From Podarcis erhardii (lineage: Eukaryota), in assembly GCA_964252035.1 (NCBI GenBank), contig OZ176201.1: a DNA stretch of 64,000 nt. The stretch is one strand, 5' to 3'. Shown piece after piece: positions 36,865 to 50,461 of the stretch. How positions within the stretch are numbered: position 1 is the stretch's first letter; every line of letters begins with the position of its first letter. The translations under genes were made by a program, and so were the position numbers. The notes under the pieces are model-generated. The model saw only the letters and a program-made list of their open reading frames with translations. It was not told where the DNA came from and ran no database searches.

Positions 36865-39800
36865 TTATTTTATCAAGGTATTTATAGTGTCGGACACGAC
36901 TAAACGACAAAAATACAGAATTTATAATGAAAACTTACCTTGCCTCTGTGCTTTCCAGGCACAGTCCACATTTTAAAATTCCGTGTCAAAGACCCCCCCC
37001 CCCCCCGCTGGAGCTTTCCCTGTGAAGCCCCACTCTTTCAAGCTGAATCGGAGCAAACAACAATCCACAGAAACCCTGAATTGTTGTTTGTTGTGCTTCA
37101 GCTTTAAAGAATGAGTTTTTAAAGGAAAAGCTCTGGGGCAAAAAAGTGAGCACTTGGAAATAAGAGCTTTAATGCGCAGACCTGTGCTTGGAAAGCCGGG
37201 GTGGGGGTGGGGGGAGGCAAGTGTGGATAAGCCTTAAGACAGGATATTGCTTGATGTATGCATCGTACATGTCTTTGCATCAGTCCTTTGTTGCTAGTGC
37301 CTCCAGAGACCCTAAATAAATAATATTGTTGAAAATACATAAAAACAGAATAAAGTTTTATAAAGGGTGACTTCAGAAACCAGCAATCTTGAGCTGCTGT
37401 GATATAGTGGCTGGCACAATTAACTTTCAGAATAATTGCAGAGTGTGGTTTCAATGGTTGCTTGCTTAGATGGCTTATTTAAAAAAGGGTTAGTCAGTTT
37501 CACAGAGTGTAGGTGTTGCAGTAGCTATTCTCTGCGAATGGTCAACAAGACAGCACAACTCTAGTGACCAGATGCTGGGGAGAAAAATAAGGGATAGTTT
37601 TCTCCAGAATAATCTGCTTTAGAATTTCACATAGCATCTGACTCATCAGTGGTGGAGAAGTGATGGCTTAACCCAGCAAGCCATTTCTTACCATATGAAG
37701 CCTGCCCATCCAAGCACATCTGTAGCATGGCCTTTTGTGGAGCAGGGATTGGGTATGGGTGGAATGGTTGAGGAGCTAATAACAGCCCGTAAGCTGTTAT
37801 TGGACCATTTGCCTGCCACAGAGACACCATTATCTAAAAGATGTGTCTGCCCCATTTGCTATACACAGCATGCAACTGCAGCATTTACAGCCCAAGCTAC
37901 TATTTGTACTGCAACAACTAAAGCTGGGTAACACTTCCCAGCCCTAATAGAAGGGGAGGGGGTAGCATTTACGTCAACAGTATCTTGTAGCAAATAAGTA
38001 TGCGCTAAGTATCACACCCACAGAATTAAATAGCGTATTTTTAGTGCAAGTGTGGTGTTTGAATTAATCACATCTGTCACACACAGCTATCTAGAAGCAC
38101 TGACCTCACAACACAGAAGAGCAAGGAGAAAATCACAGGTAATTTTATTTTTAAAAGCAAGCAATGATTCCCATTAAAATTAAATCCACAATGTTAAACA
38201 AATCAACAAAATAAATAAATCGTAGGTTTAAAAACCGAAACATGCTTTGCAAGTCCATAATTTAAGTTTTAACTCAGCAATAACAATAACAATAATTTGA
38301 TAGCAACTTTGAGTGTCCAAAGCATTTCACATGCATTATCTGGTTGTAATCCTTATAGCAACACTGTAATGTAAGCCTGTATTATCCCACTTATTGCAGA
38401 TGGAAAGGACTGTGATTGAGAGAGAACGACATCACAGCAGAGAAGAGATTTGAAAATGGGGACTCACAGTTCAGTCTCTAAGTCACTATGCCACTTTCAA
38501 CTATTTCAGGCATAATTTTGACATGTATTGCTCATTTGTGCTCTACAACTAACCCGGTCTGTGATATTATTAAAACAACCTCTAGTTATTTAAGCTGGCA
38601 ATTTGCACTGAATGCATTGCATTGAATATCTTTGTGGTAAGTGTACTCTGAGAATGATTTGGCTTCTCTGAAGTCGAAAAAGAGATGGTAACCTGCACAC
38701 ACAGCTGAGAGTGAATTTTCCACAGTGAAATAATCCTTTCCTTCATACCAGCCAACACTGTATTTCCACTTGACTGTGGACTCAGCTGCTATGTTGAGCC
38801 AGTCAGTGTGGGAGGCAACACTGGATGACATCCTTGTCTACAGAACATTCAATTTGCTGGTATTTAGGATCTGTAGGAAGCTAAGCATAAGCTTTCAGCT
38901 CTGTGACCCTTTTCAGTTCTTCACAGCAACATCCTTTTCCTAGTTGACACAGATTGCGTACTTTTGAGAATTCATTTCTAAGCTTTAATTAAACTGCATT
39001 TAATGTTTCATGTGTTGAAATATACCATCAAGACAATGCAATTATACCAGGATATAAATGAAATAAAGTTAGTAAATTCTGCTTCTAGGTTCATTCTGAC
39101 AGTAATTTCTTCTCTGCTGCCTAAAATGAATGCCTATAAGATACAGTGCTAGTGGGAATGTTTTGACCAAGCTATGTGTCCCTGTATTCATAGGCCAAGA
39201 GAACTGTGAGTAGGAAATCAGCAAACAAATAGCATACAAGCAGCCTCAAACAACAGTCGTACAGCTCAGTAAAACTCTGTGGAAACAGCAGAGGCAGCCT
39301 GCTCCTATGACTGTCAATCCAAACAAGTTCAATGTGACTTACTCCCAAATACATGTGTACAAGACTGTAGACTTTTACGTAAACTGTTCAAAAAACTTAA
39401 AGGTTGGACAAAACATACTTTTTTTTCTATTAAAAATGTATGTTCATATTCACAAGCCACTGTATAACAATAGGGTAAATAGTCACTTCAACACAATCCA
39501 ACTCGTGAATTTATAATATTTTACAATTAGCTGAAACTTTAGATTCTTCTTTGACTGCTTTAAAGGTCTTTTAATTCTCTTGCAAATGATAAATTCAGAG
39601 AAGGTTGTTAATCACATGCATGGGGAAGAAAACCCATTTTATCTTATTAAAGCCCCCACAGATTTTTATGTAAAATAGCAAAATGTGCATTTTAGCATTG
39701 ATAGAAGACCTAATATATAACACAGGTCCTCATTCTCATAAGTGCCCTGGAGTAAAACGTTTTGCTTTCTCCCATGGAAGTTGGGGCTCAACACCATGTT

Positions 39801-39934
39801 ACACATCAATACATATACAAATATTACTGCGAAGTGAAGCAATATTGAGAGGAGGAAATATACAATATGAAGAGTTCCTAGATGTTATCAGTGTGCTGCT
39901 TTTCATTGAAACTTCCCCAACCTCAAGCGCATAC

Positions 39935-40020
39935 CCTTCAGCACGTTGAGGTGTAAACCCGGGATGTGCATCTTCCAGGTTCGCACTGCCATGCGAGTCA
40001 CATGACCTGCACAAGATCAT
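39935..40020 (-). CDS. Candidate alternative first coding exon of IQSEC1 (MILCRSCDSHGSANLEDAHPGFTPQRAE + GG)
   Basis: ATG at 40020, 28 codons + 2 nt, donor AGG|gtatgc. Phase 2 matches the acceptor at 23042. No transcript evidence. Confidence 0.4.
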
Positions 40021-42922
40021 AGCCCCCCCCCCAGTGTATTTTTCTGTGGAAAAATTGAGGCACCAAAAATGGCCACCATGCTCTCTCTCACAAAAAAACA
40101 GGTAACCAGAACCATTAAGGGGGGTATGCAAGCTGCGTGCTTTTAGACTGAGTGTTTGTATGTGCATTGTATGGATTTGATAGGAAGAAAATCCGCTTGG
40201 GAAGGGAGTTACAGGAAGAAAGCAGTGGGCAAAGGGAAGGTTAAGAACTTGCTAGCAGCTTCTCCATACAAATGTCCTTCTCACAAAAGCACTTTGCCTA
40301 GAAATGCACGCACTCACATACAGCATGTACTTCAGTCCTTTTTGAGAAATAAAGCAACAGTTTACTTTGCACACACTTCTTAAAAAGAAGGAAGGTGCAC
40401 TAGTAGGGTTTGACATGCCAGTCGCTATATTGGTTGAAAGCTGCCAACGGGCTTGTCAGCTATTATTTGAAGCCAAGAATGGCAATGTGTAGGTGGCAGC
40501 TTATCTCTTTTTATTTCATTAAGGCAGGGGCAAAGGCTGCTTGCCCTCTAGGCCCGCAGCAATTAGGTGCACAACTACTGGCACAGCATAGCTCTCTTAC
40601 TGGCTGCCTGTTAGCTCTGTGGGAATTTCCTAACAGGAATACACTCAGTGGTAAGAGGCAAAGGTCGCTGCCTAGGAAGGGTTGCCTGTGACTGTGTCTT
40701 GCCAGATGCAAAAACAAGGGAATTCAAGCTGGTGAGACTTGTAAGACTGGCCTGCTACCTCTTTTGCACAAATTCGTGTGAACGGACCTAGGCTTCTTCA
40801 CCACTCCCATTACTTAATTTTGTTTCTTTTTTAAAATTTCCTTAAAAATAAGCTCTGAATATTTCACATATACAGAAACTTTACATCATGTTAAATGTTA
40901 CATTTAAGAATTCCATGTTGTTGTTGTTTTAGAAAAACAAAAGCTTATTTCATAGTGTGAGAACCAATGTAGCATAAGCAGATATCTGCTCATGAAACAG
41001 AGGTTATTCCTCCTCTCCCCCTACAATGGCTACATGGGAACCCTATGGAGCAGATTTTGAGGGGACATGGTGGAGCTGGAGGAGCAAGAAGAGAAACTGG
41101 AAGTCCTGCAATACATGCAGATTTCCATTGCGCAAACAGGCAGACATCACTGAATGTTGCCCACAGTTTCACAACAGCTGAACTAATTTGTTTTGTAATC
41201 AGCATATGCATCAAACCAACTGATCACTGAAGAATGTTTCTGTTCTACTAACACCCCCTCCCCCCGCTGAACAATAAAAATGTTGTTCTAACAAAGTTAA
41301 TGTTTGCAAAGAAAAAAAATACTTGACCATTTGACTTTTTTAAAAAAAATAATTTTAAGTAACAAAACATACCCATACAAGGAAAGCAGCGCTTAGTAGT
41401 AGTACAGAAAAGAAAGAAAAATAGCAATGGATGGTTGTAGTTTTAGACATTCCAAGAAAGGCAACCCAATAAAAGCATCTCTCTAAAAGGTTCCATGAGT
41501 CAATGGAGGGTGTAAATGTGTTCAATTGTCTTAACCAAGCCAATACAAGAATGCCATGTCGTACAGAAGGTGTGAGTCTATAAGCATGATGTAGCATACT
41601 TGAGAGATCCAGGCTTCAAAAAGATTCGTATTTAAAGTTCTCCAGTTTTTTGAAAGCACCAATCTAGCTGAGGCTAATAAATGGAGGATGAGGTCTTTAT
41701 TGGTTATGTTCTTAATCTGAGGAGTAAAATATGATAGTAGGGCTAATTTGGGTCTGGTTATAGTGATTGCACCATCATGAGCCTGGTTCTGGCTGGGGAG
41801 GGCGGGATATAAATAAAAAATATTATTTATTTAGTTTTTTATTAATTATTATTATTATTAGATTATTATTTTGAAAAACTTTCTCCTAAAAGGGAATAAT
41901 TTTTTGATAAAACCACCACACGTGTACAAGAGAGCCGGGTAAATGGCATTCCCACCAGCAAAGGTTGGATGTTTTATGATTAATTCTATAATCTGGCTGG
42001 GCACATGTAACAGTGATGTACTATTTTTAAAGCATTTTATTGAGTTCTAACTGAGGTTTATTCCAAAGTTGTTCCTTTTAACAATTGGCATTATTTGATC
42101 GGACAACTATCCATCCCCCCCTTTTTTTCTTGACTGGTCAACTGACCTATCGTGTATGGCACACTAGTATTCCAGTATGAACAAGTCAGGGAACAGGGAC
42201 AGTTTTACCATGAAAAAATGTAAAGCAAGTTTTATCAACTAACCCAGCAGTTTCCACAAGCTCATTTGTGAAAGAAATGAGTTCTAAGCTGGAGCAGTTG
42301 TTGATGGACCTCGAGTGGGCTGTATGTGCAATTCTCGTATGTTCTGTAAATACAGATCTACTGCAGTCCCGTGTAGGATTCCTTTATTGTCCTGAAAAAC
42401 TATTTACTTTATCCCCATAAAATTGAATGGATACCATACTTCTCTAAAATAAGAGGAATGAATTCGGGAAACTACTTTGGAAAGAGCAGAACTTGTTCCT
42501 GACCGCAGAACAAACATCCTGAGTGAAAAGGAGGTTGCTATGAATCTACTTTATCCCAGAGAACTCAATGAAAGTCACTAAGAATCAAACCTGCTTCTTT
42601 ATCACAGCCCCAATTTGTGGTCAGAAAACAGGTGACGCAACACCCAAAAGAGTTCCGAGTGTCACTGATAAACACACAAGTTAAACTAATTAAGTTAAGA
42701 GCCACAAGTGAATGTTCGCTTACATGTTCTTCAGAACAACAACAAAAAACCAAACACCTGAACATCTGTTTCAGTGCTTTTAGGAATCTTGATACCCATA
42801 GCAAATACCAGAACATAAGAGCTATGCATTTAAAATGAATTAACCAACAGATACCTCACAGTTAATAGGAATCTGCACACACAGTGCCTTACTGTATTTT
42901 GTTTCTTTTTTCTTGTTCTTAC

Positions 42923-42945
42923 CTATTCAGAGAAACTGTTTCCAT
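42923..42945 (-). CDS. Candidate alternative first coding mini-exon of IQSEC1 (METVSLN + AG)
   Basis: gtcATGG strong Kozak context, 7 codons + 2 nt, consensus donor AG|gtaaga. Phase 2 matches the acceptor at 23042. No transcript evidence. Confidence 0.35.
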
Positions 42946-43943
42946 GACCAATTATCGGAGAAAACACAAAGAGGCGGTAGTTAGCTTTTAGCAGCTAGAA
43001 GCATTTCGCTCATGTTGAAAATCACAGATAATGTTTTCTCTTGGTATAATGTAAAATCAAATGGCTGATTGCTCAAGCACTCTCTTGTCAAGTGCTATTA
43101 CAACTGGAAAAAAAACATCCTCTAAAACTGATGTCACACTGTTTCACAACTATGGTGTTTCCCAACTAAGAGGAAAGGCCAGGACAACACAACCACGATG
43201 CAAAACTAGTAACCTGGCAAATCTGCCCCAGTCAAGACTTTTTGCAACATGCGATACTACCAAAGGTAACGTATATGCTATGTTTATAAGCAGTACTACA
43301 GTTCTTTAATGCTATCACACAACACCACAAGATAGTGAAAAAACTGAAAAGTAATTACATGAGCTGACATTTAATCAGGATCCTAGATTAAGATTTCATA
43401 CCTTTACAGGAAAAGCTCTTGAATCTTTAGGAGCAACAGATGATCAGTAACAACGTGAATGGTAGACCTTTCCAAGAGGAAGCAGAGACGTTCCTAATTC
43501 AACTCACTTTAAAGTCAGAAGGGAAGAGTGCTGCTAACTGAATCACTGCATTACTTCCGGCAGCTTTGTCTCAGAATACTCCTGTACATGTGTAATGACC
43601 TAGCATGACCCTGCTTAACTTGCAGGATCATCACAGCCTGGCAACTACAGCTACAGACTATACTCTTCAGCACCCTTTAGGACAACTTCCAAATGCTTCT
43701 CTAAAGCGATTACTCAGAGTTACAAATCACAGACCCAAATATGCACATGAAATTTCCCAAAGGTTTAGATGTGGTTTTATATACCCTTTTATGAGACCTT
43801 ATATCAGGTGTGAATTTCTGGAATCTGGCCACTTCTAAACTAGCTTAGCTCTGGCCTTTGCTTCTTTAAAGAACTCACATGAAAAACAAGTTGAGAGTAC
43901 ATATCTTTCACCACAAGGATTCTTCTTGCACTTTGTTCTAGAT

Positions 43944-44153
43944 TAGTGTTTCACAACCTTTTCCTGACCATGGACCCCTTCTGATCTTGTTTCCTTCCTG
44001 TGGGCCCCCCATGCGTGTAGCCGGGGGGGGGCAGGGGGCAGCTGCCCCTCCAATGAGTAAAATACAAATCTGAGCTTCAGACCCCCCTAACAGAAGTCTG
44101 TCCCCCCTAACAACCCCCCAGGGGGCTATATGGCTGCTGGTTGGGAAACACAG
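43944..44153. mobile_element. hAT-type MITE
   Basis: TIRs tagtgtttcacaacc / ggttgggaaacacag. 8-bp TSD ttctagat / ctctagat (7 of 8). Confidence 0.7.
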
Positions 44154-44642
44154 CTCTAGATGAAGATACTCTATTAAAAAAGATAAATTTATCTGAGATA
44201 ACCCAAAAAAATCCAAGTCATCAGCTGTCAAGATTTCTGTCTGGAGAAAAGGATAGTAAGCAAGGCTAACTGAGTCCATAGGTGAACTTCAACATGCACA
44301 ACAGGATGGTCTGAAGAAGCAAATAAACCACTAATCTTACTAAAAATACATACTGTCAACAGTGCTTTTAAAAAATTATTTTTCAAGTAATACACACGGT
44401 TCACACAGCATCAGCTTGTGACTCACTAAAGACAAAAACAGAGATGGAGGATGTGCCTGGATGGCTACACCTCATTTGGCTGATCTTCTCCTACCTCACG
44501 GATAGTTGCTGAAATTGTACCAAGGGGTGTGCACATGCAAATTTGTGTATGTAAAACTGATTGTTCATACATTCTTCCTCATTTTCTGTTGCATATTTTC
44601 ATACATTCATCTTCTGAAGGAAAAACCAATCACAGGTTAGAA

Positions 44643-44905
44643 CAGGGGTAGGCAACCTAAGGCCCACGTGGGTCATTTAACCGGCCCACGAGCTGCCCCT
44701 GAACCAAGCCGCCTGCTTGGTGAGTCCCCACACACTGTGCTAAACCAGCGCAGCACGGCACAGGGACTCGCTTCCATGGTGCCAGAAATTGTGTCTGTGC
44801 AGGTACAGGCAATCGCGGGTGCTCAGGTGCACACACAATCCAGCCCACAGAAGGATCTTCAATGGAGTGAACCGGCCCAGGAAAGGTAAACCTTGCCGAC
44901 CCCTG
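44643..44905. mobile_element. hAT-type MITE
   Basis: TIRs caggggtaggcaa / ttgccgacccctg. Perfect 8-bp TSD ggttagaa at 44635-44642 and 44906-44913. Confidence 0.85.
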
Positions 44906-45750
44906 GGTTAGAAGGATATAGTGCTTCAGAAACTGCAGAATTAAGGGATTTGCAACCGAACTATTAAAGGTTCTTTATTTCAAGCAGCCTAATAGCCAGT
45001 GTCGTTAGCAGTTCATCTAGCAGACTGTGGCCTGGTTCACATGGAGCAATCTCAACAAAATAAACCATAGTTTATTAAGCTGAAAGTTGGGCCAGGCACT
45101 CCTGCCTCCTTCACTCTGTTACTGGAACTAAAAATTTCCAGGATTTATAACACCATAGTTTTTATCCAATTTTATATTATGGCAAGTACGCCCAGATTAA
45201 AACACAATTTCCTGGTTGGAGTGTAGAGGGAAATGATTTCATAAACTTAGAAGACCCCAATTCTGGCATGAATGCAAAGAGAGAAGAGAAAATACAAGCT
45301 CAATGATCACTAAGCCAAGATAGTTATTTCTGAAACAGCCCTGTATGACCTGCCTAAGTAACTGGAAATGAAATTTACTAGCTTCTCTTTATTCCTGCAA
45401 ATTCGAACAATTTCAAAACACAGGTGCCATGTACCACTGTATCGAAGGAAGTCTGCGGTATCTGCCATACTGTGAAACCTTTTGAAATAGTAAAAGTTGA
45501 AATCTGAGACATCTTTAAATATATTTATATATAAGCTTTAAAGTTATTGGAATTTGACATAGCAACTCTAAAAACTATTAGCAATAACCCCTAAGGAATT
45601 TGTGATATTGCATAACGCAGCACCAACCTAAACACCCAGGCCAATAACTTACTGTTTGCCAGAAATGAGGGCAATATATGGCTGTTGCATTTTCCCATCC
45701 TACATGCATGCATATTACATAAAGTACTTTTTTTATTTGAAGAATATGGC

Positions 45751-46040
45751 TAGATATCTTTTCAAAATGAGAGCAAGCGCATCAAGTGATACTGAGGGCA
45801 ATCCTAGTAGTAATTCAGAATCGCTGTCCGAACATCCTAGAGAAGACTCGTTTAATTCGACACCAGTAGCAAGCCCAGGCAAACCTTCAAAAAAGAAAGT
45901 TTGTCAGCAATATGTGGATAGATATCTGAGTTGGTTTCACATGGACTGAAGATGAAAACATCTGTCAGCCTATGCGTTTGATCTGTGGTGAGAAAATTTC
46001 CAGTTCCAATATGGCCCCAAACAAGATGAAAAGATATTGG
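45751..46040 (+). pseudogene. Decayed hAT (Charlie/Buster-type) transposase N-terminus with BED-finger remnant
   Basis: MARYLFKMRAS...KPSKKKVCQQYVDRYL, then after a frameshift FTWTEDENICQPMRLICGEKISSSNMAPNKMKR, resembling the GFT..P.C.ICGE.L.N..M.P.KLKRH motif. Confidence 0.65.
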
Positions 46041-46661
46041 TGAGCAATTTTTTGTTCTGAAAATGTGGACCAGAGAAAAAAAGTTTGAGATCCACTGGCC
46101 TAGAGGGGCACGTCTCCATTTTTTTCTTGATGAGCCATCTCTCCATGGAAGACAACTGCAGAGCTGTCTCCACCTCCCAATCCTCTGTCACTTCAGATCA
46201 TGCCCTGGAGCCTTCCTTGTCCATAGTTTCTGACAGACCTTTCTCTTCTATGAGCAGTGAAGAGGATTCTGAGAGAAACATGACAACTGCTATGTTATCA
46301 TCTGATGGTGATGACGTGATCACCTGTTGCATTCTGGATATTATTTAAACCACAAGCTTACTCTTACTAGCTGCTTTCTTGGCTGTGAGTCCTGCTCTCT
46401 GCCTTGCAGGCCTTTTCCTACCTGGCCTGGGAAGGCGGGACTCTGACTGACTCCAGTTACAAAAACTGAAGCTGTTGAACAGACCCTTGAGCGGGAATAT
46501 TGTTTAGCGGTTTTGGGGAGGAGGGGGTTGTTGTTACTAATATCAATATTAATTTCTGGATCTTTATTTTAAATCTTGTTATGTGGAAATTGTTTAATTT
46601 GGTTGTGTACTTTTGATGTTTTATTTACTGTTTATGACTATTTTTGTTATGTTTGTAATTA

Positions 46662-47022
46662 CAATGGTACCTCGGGTTACAAACACTTCGGGTCACAGAC
46701 TCTGCTAACCCGGAAGTAGTACCTTGGGTTAAGAACTTTACCTCAGGTTGGGTCTTTAGTGTTAAGACCAATATATATTTTATTATTTGTTAAGAAAATT
46801 ATGTGTCTATGGTTATTCCTATGTGTAATTTGGCATTTGTGTTTTTTTGTTTTTTCTTGCTATATCAATAAAAAGTTTAAAAAATAAGAACTTTACCTCA
46901 GGATGAGAACAGAAATCGCGCAGCAGGCCCCATTAGCTAAAGTGGTACCTCAGGTTAAGATCAATTTCAGGTTAAGAATGGACCTCCAGAACAAATTAAG
47001 TTCATAACCAGAGGTACCACTG
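46662..47022. mobile_element. Tigger-type MITE carrying a nested retro-insertion
   Basis: TA|caatggtacctcgggtta ... gaggtaccactg|TA. Confidence 0.82.
46748..46885 (+). mobile_element. 138-bp L1/Tx1-like 3' end inserted in a MITE
   Basis: T-rich body, AATAAA and A-rich tail. 17-bp TSD aagaactttacctcagg (46731-46747 and 46886-46902). Insertion site TT|AAGA. Confidence 0.7.
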
Positions 47023-49936
47023 TATGCATTTTTTAATGCTATAAGCTGCCTTGAGAGTAGTTTGAACTATGGAAAAGCGGCATACAAATAAATACATAAT
47101 TTTAAGTACTATACAAAAAGAGAAGCCTAGACTACACATACTTTTTCTCAACTGTGTTTAAATTCTGTAAAATTCAATCATTTGATGTAATAAAACTTAT
47201 TGTCTGAGTGAAGAAGATTCCCTGAGAACAAATGACAATAAACTAAATCCTTCATAATTCATTTTGTTTCAAGCACCACATATAATCAGGTCTTCCTGAA
47301 AGGAACATAAAATATGTCAATTACAAAAATGATCTGGTAGAAGAGGGCAGTTCTGCCAAGAAGAAATATTCACCCAAGACACTTAGCATACTCCCCAAGG
47401 CAAGATCCCTAAATCTTTCTCCTCTTAAAATAATAGTAAAATAATTTTTAACAAAATAAGTCATGAAATAACTAATCTTATGAATCTTTTCCAATCAGTA
47501 AATGCAGGCAACCAGCTCTGGAGGGATGAGCTTTATCGGGATGCCCTTGCCTTCCCAACAGTGGCACCATGGTTATGGAATGCTCTTGTGTGGTACTTAC
47601 ATTTTTGGCATCAGCTGAAACCTTGTTTTTACCAAGCCTGTTAACACCTTTCACATGCACCAGGTTGCTCCCAAGATTGAGGGGGCCATACGTTACACAT
47701 TGCAATGGAGGCGGCCAAGCACTCTGGAGGAGCCGGCCACTGGACCAGACGGCGCATGACATCACATGCACACAACGAGCGCAGGGTCACCTCAACATTA
47801 AGATGGCCCACCCCCTTAAAACAAATATTGAGGGGGCTGAGGTGCTTTCGGTCTCGTAGAGTTGGCACACCTGACACCTTCACATGCTCTGAAACTGGTT
47901 GAATGTTGCATTATTAAGTGGATTTTATGTCACTGTGGGTTTTTTTATGAATTGTATTTTACTGATATTTGTAAATCACCCACTATATACTACATTGGTT
48001 AAACAGAGCATAATTGTACAGTGTTCCGTGTGCTGGAAGATGCATACATGCTACCTAGAACAGCTTCAAAACAATCACCAAACTCACAATAACTATGCCA
48101 CTCAAGTGTGTGTTTTTGTGAACATGGTTTCGGACTCACATGAAGGTGTGGTAGAATCCACAACCTCCATTGATCTGTCACTATTTAGTGCCCTATTCTT
48201 GCCCTCACCTCTCTCACAAAAGCATGTAATCAAGGAGGTATAAGCTATCTTAAACCATCATACCATTGGTATGGCAGAAGTCTCATATCACTGTGAAGTA
48301 GTGTCATGCCCATTGGCACATTCTCACTAAGGAACACCAACAGGCTGCTGCTCCTGCTTGTAACCATCACAAATATTTCTAGGAAAAGAAAGATAGCAAC
48401 CACTTGCCACATTACCATGATAGATAAAAACCACTCCCAGAAAAATATAATTTCCTTCAACACTCACCTGGAATATTTCCAAAAATGCACCCCTTTTGTG
48501 GGAGAGGAATGTCTCCGTGAGAGCGGTTAACCATTTTCAACTCTGTAGTGATTTTCAACTCTGAACATAGGTTTAATTCAACTGAAGCCAATGGCCCTCA
48601 ACGTTTCTAACTCAATGTATAGTTGAAGTCACTGATTTATGTTCTCTTTAACATCCCATGAATGTGACAAAATATAGAGCAGCTCAAAATAATCGTGCCC
48701 ATGTTTGCTCAGAAGCAAGCCCCACTGATTTGAGTGGTGCAGTGGTTATAGAGTCAGATTGGGGCTGGAGAGACTCAGGTTTTCAGCTCCCAAAGTCATG
48801 GGGCAATTTTGGGCCAGTCACTATCTTGGTCTAATCTACCTCACAGGGTTGTTGCAAAGCTAAAGGGGAAGAGGAAAGCAATGTATACCACCTTCAGCTT
48901 CTTGGAGAAAGGCAGGCTCTAACAGTAGAAAATACATTTTTTAAGTGTGTTTAGAACTACAATTATTGATGCAAAGACAGACATTTATCTTCATATTGCC
49001 TGGGTTTTTGTTAAATGAATAATGAAAATACATAAGAAAGGTATTGTGTGAGGAAAAAAGGGAGGAGGCATTGAGATGCTGCAAATATATGTAGCAAGTA
49101 ATGTCTTTTAAATGATTCTGCTGCCAGTTTCATATTGTAAGAGCTGTGTGGTTAAGGAGTTAAACAACTTTAAATTCCATATTCAAATGAATAAGATGTT
49201 AATTTGAATTCTGTGAAGGACAGATGGCATTGCAGTAAGATTTTTTTTTTTTTTTTTGAAAGTCAAATAAATGAGCTATGGAATATAAAGGCTCCTAAAA
49301 TGACAACATACACTGGAAACAAAGCTACAGTTGGCTGTAATCAAGACACATTTGCAAAACATTTAAAACTTTGCAGCAGGGTTTATTACATCCTGCAATA
49401 TGCAAACTGAACCCTTTGCGAGCATACAATGGTGCAGAAAAAAACCAGGAAGGTACACACTGTGGCATTTTAAAATATGCATTCAGTTTTTATAAGTAAA
49501 ACTGAATGCATATTTATGTGACCAACAGCTGTCATTTCTACATTGGCATTTGGGATACTAGCTAGAACAAAATTCTGTAGAAAATGATTTAGCTTTCACA
49601 GTGGAAGGAAAAGGAAGAAAAAGTATGCGAGATTGAGCGCTATAAAACCCTTTGTGTCACGGGATTAGTATTGTATGTATGTGCAGCAGCCGATCGTTTT
49701 CCTCGCCTGCTTGCTTAAACACACGCTCGGTCCTCTCTCCCTTCCACCAACACACTAAACCAGTGTTCGGAACTAATTTTAAACAAAGCTGTTCCGAGGC
49801 TGGAACTGAAACACAAAGCAATCAAAAAGAAAAAGGGAGAGAGAGAGAGAAAAAAAAAATTCCTTCCCCTCCAAGCTCGACTCTTTTTGCTTTAGGAAAC
49901 CCACGCTGCTGCTTCCAATAGAGGGTAATGGCTTAC

Positions 49937-50001
49937 CAGCTGTCAAGCTCCAGCTCCAGCAGTGACTGAGTCCTCTCCGAGTTACAATGCAAGCACCACA
50001 T
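49937..50001 (-). CDS. IQSEC1: IQSEC1 first coding exon (MWCLHCNSERTQSLLELELDS + TG), phase-2 donor
   Basis: Minus strand reads ccagccATG TGG TGC TTG CAT TGT AAC TCG GAG AGG ACT CAG TCA CTG CTG GAG CTG GAG CTT GAC AGC TG|gtaagc. This matches the recalled N-terminus of the mammalian IQSEC1 MWCLH isoform. The 65 nt joins in frame to the acceptor at 23042. Missed by the ORF track because it is too short. Confidence 0.93.
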
Positions 50002-50461
50002 GGCTGGAGAGAGAAGTCACAAGGAGGGGGCCCCGAGCTGCCAGCATATCCTTCCCCGGGGGCTCCCCTAACACCTCCGGGCCCGCGCTGAGGCAGCCGA
50101 GAGAGGCAACTAGGGCTGGGGGCACGGCACCGAGGAGCGCCCCCAACTCGTCTCCGTGGGCGAGAGGAGGGAGCAGCTCAGGAGGGGGTCCGGGAAAGGC
50201 GCGGGCACTCGCGAGGTCCACCCTCTCACAAGCTCCGGCGCGCGCGCGCACACACATGGCGCGCGCTCCCGCCCCTCCACTCACACACGCTTACACATCC
50301 ATTCCGCTAGAAGCGCGAGCTGGGAATACAAATGCCAGAGCTGGGAGGGGTAACATTGATCTTATTAAGCCGAGGCTGGTTTCCAGGACGGGGTGAGGGG
50401 GGCGCGGATGGAAGAGGAGAGGCAAGGGGGGCGGTAGGGGGGACCGCCACAGGAAGGAAGG

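Noticed and set aside
45650-45695. MQQPYIALISGK + CA|GTAAGT phase-2 candidate exon
   Set aside because: Weak exon-side donor context, and it abuts a decayed hAT transposase. Consistent with the chance rate of such matches.
46085-46348. Ser-rich 87-aa ORF, largely open on both strands
   Set aside because: No recognisable homology or splice signals. It lies among transposon debris and is left unassigned.
48468-48534. ATG plus perfect CAG|GTGAGT donor on the minus strand as another first coding exon
   Set aside because: 67 nt gives phase 1, out of frame with the acceptor at 23042. It could only be a non-coding or uORF exon, and nothing else supports it.
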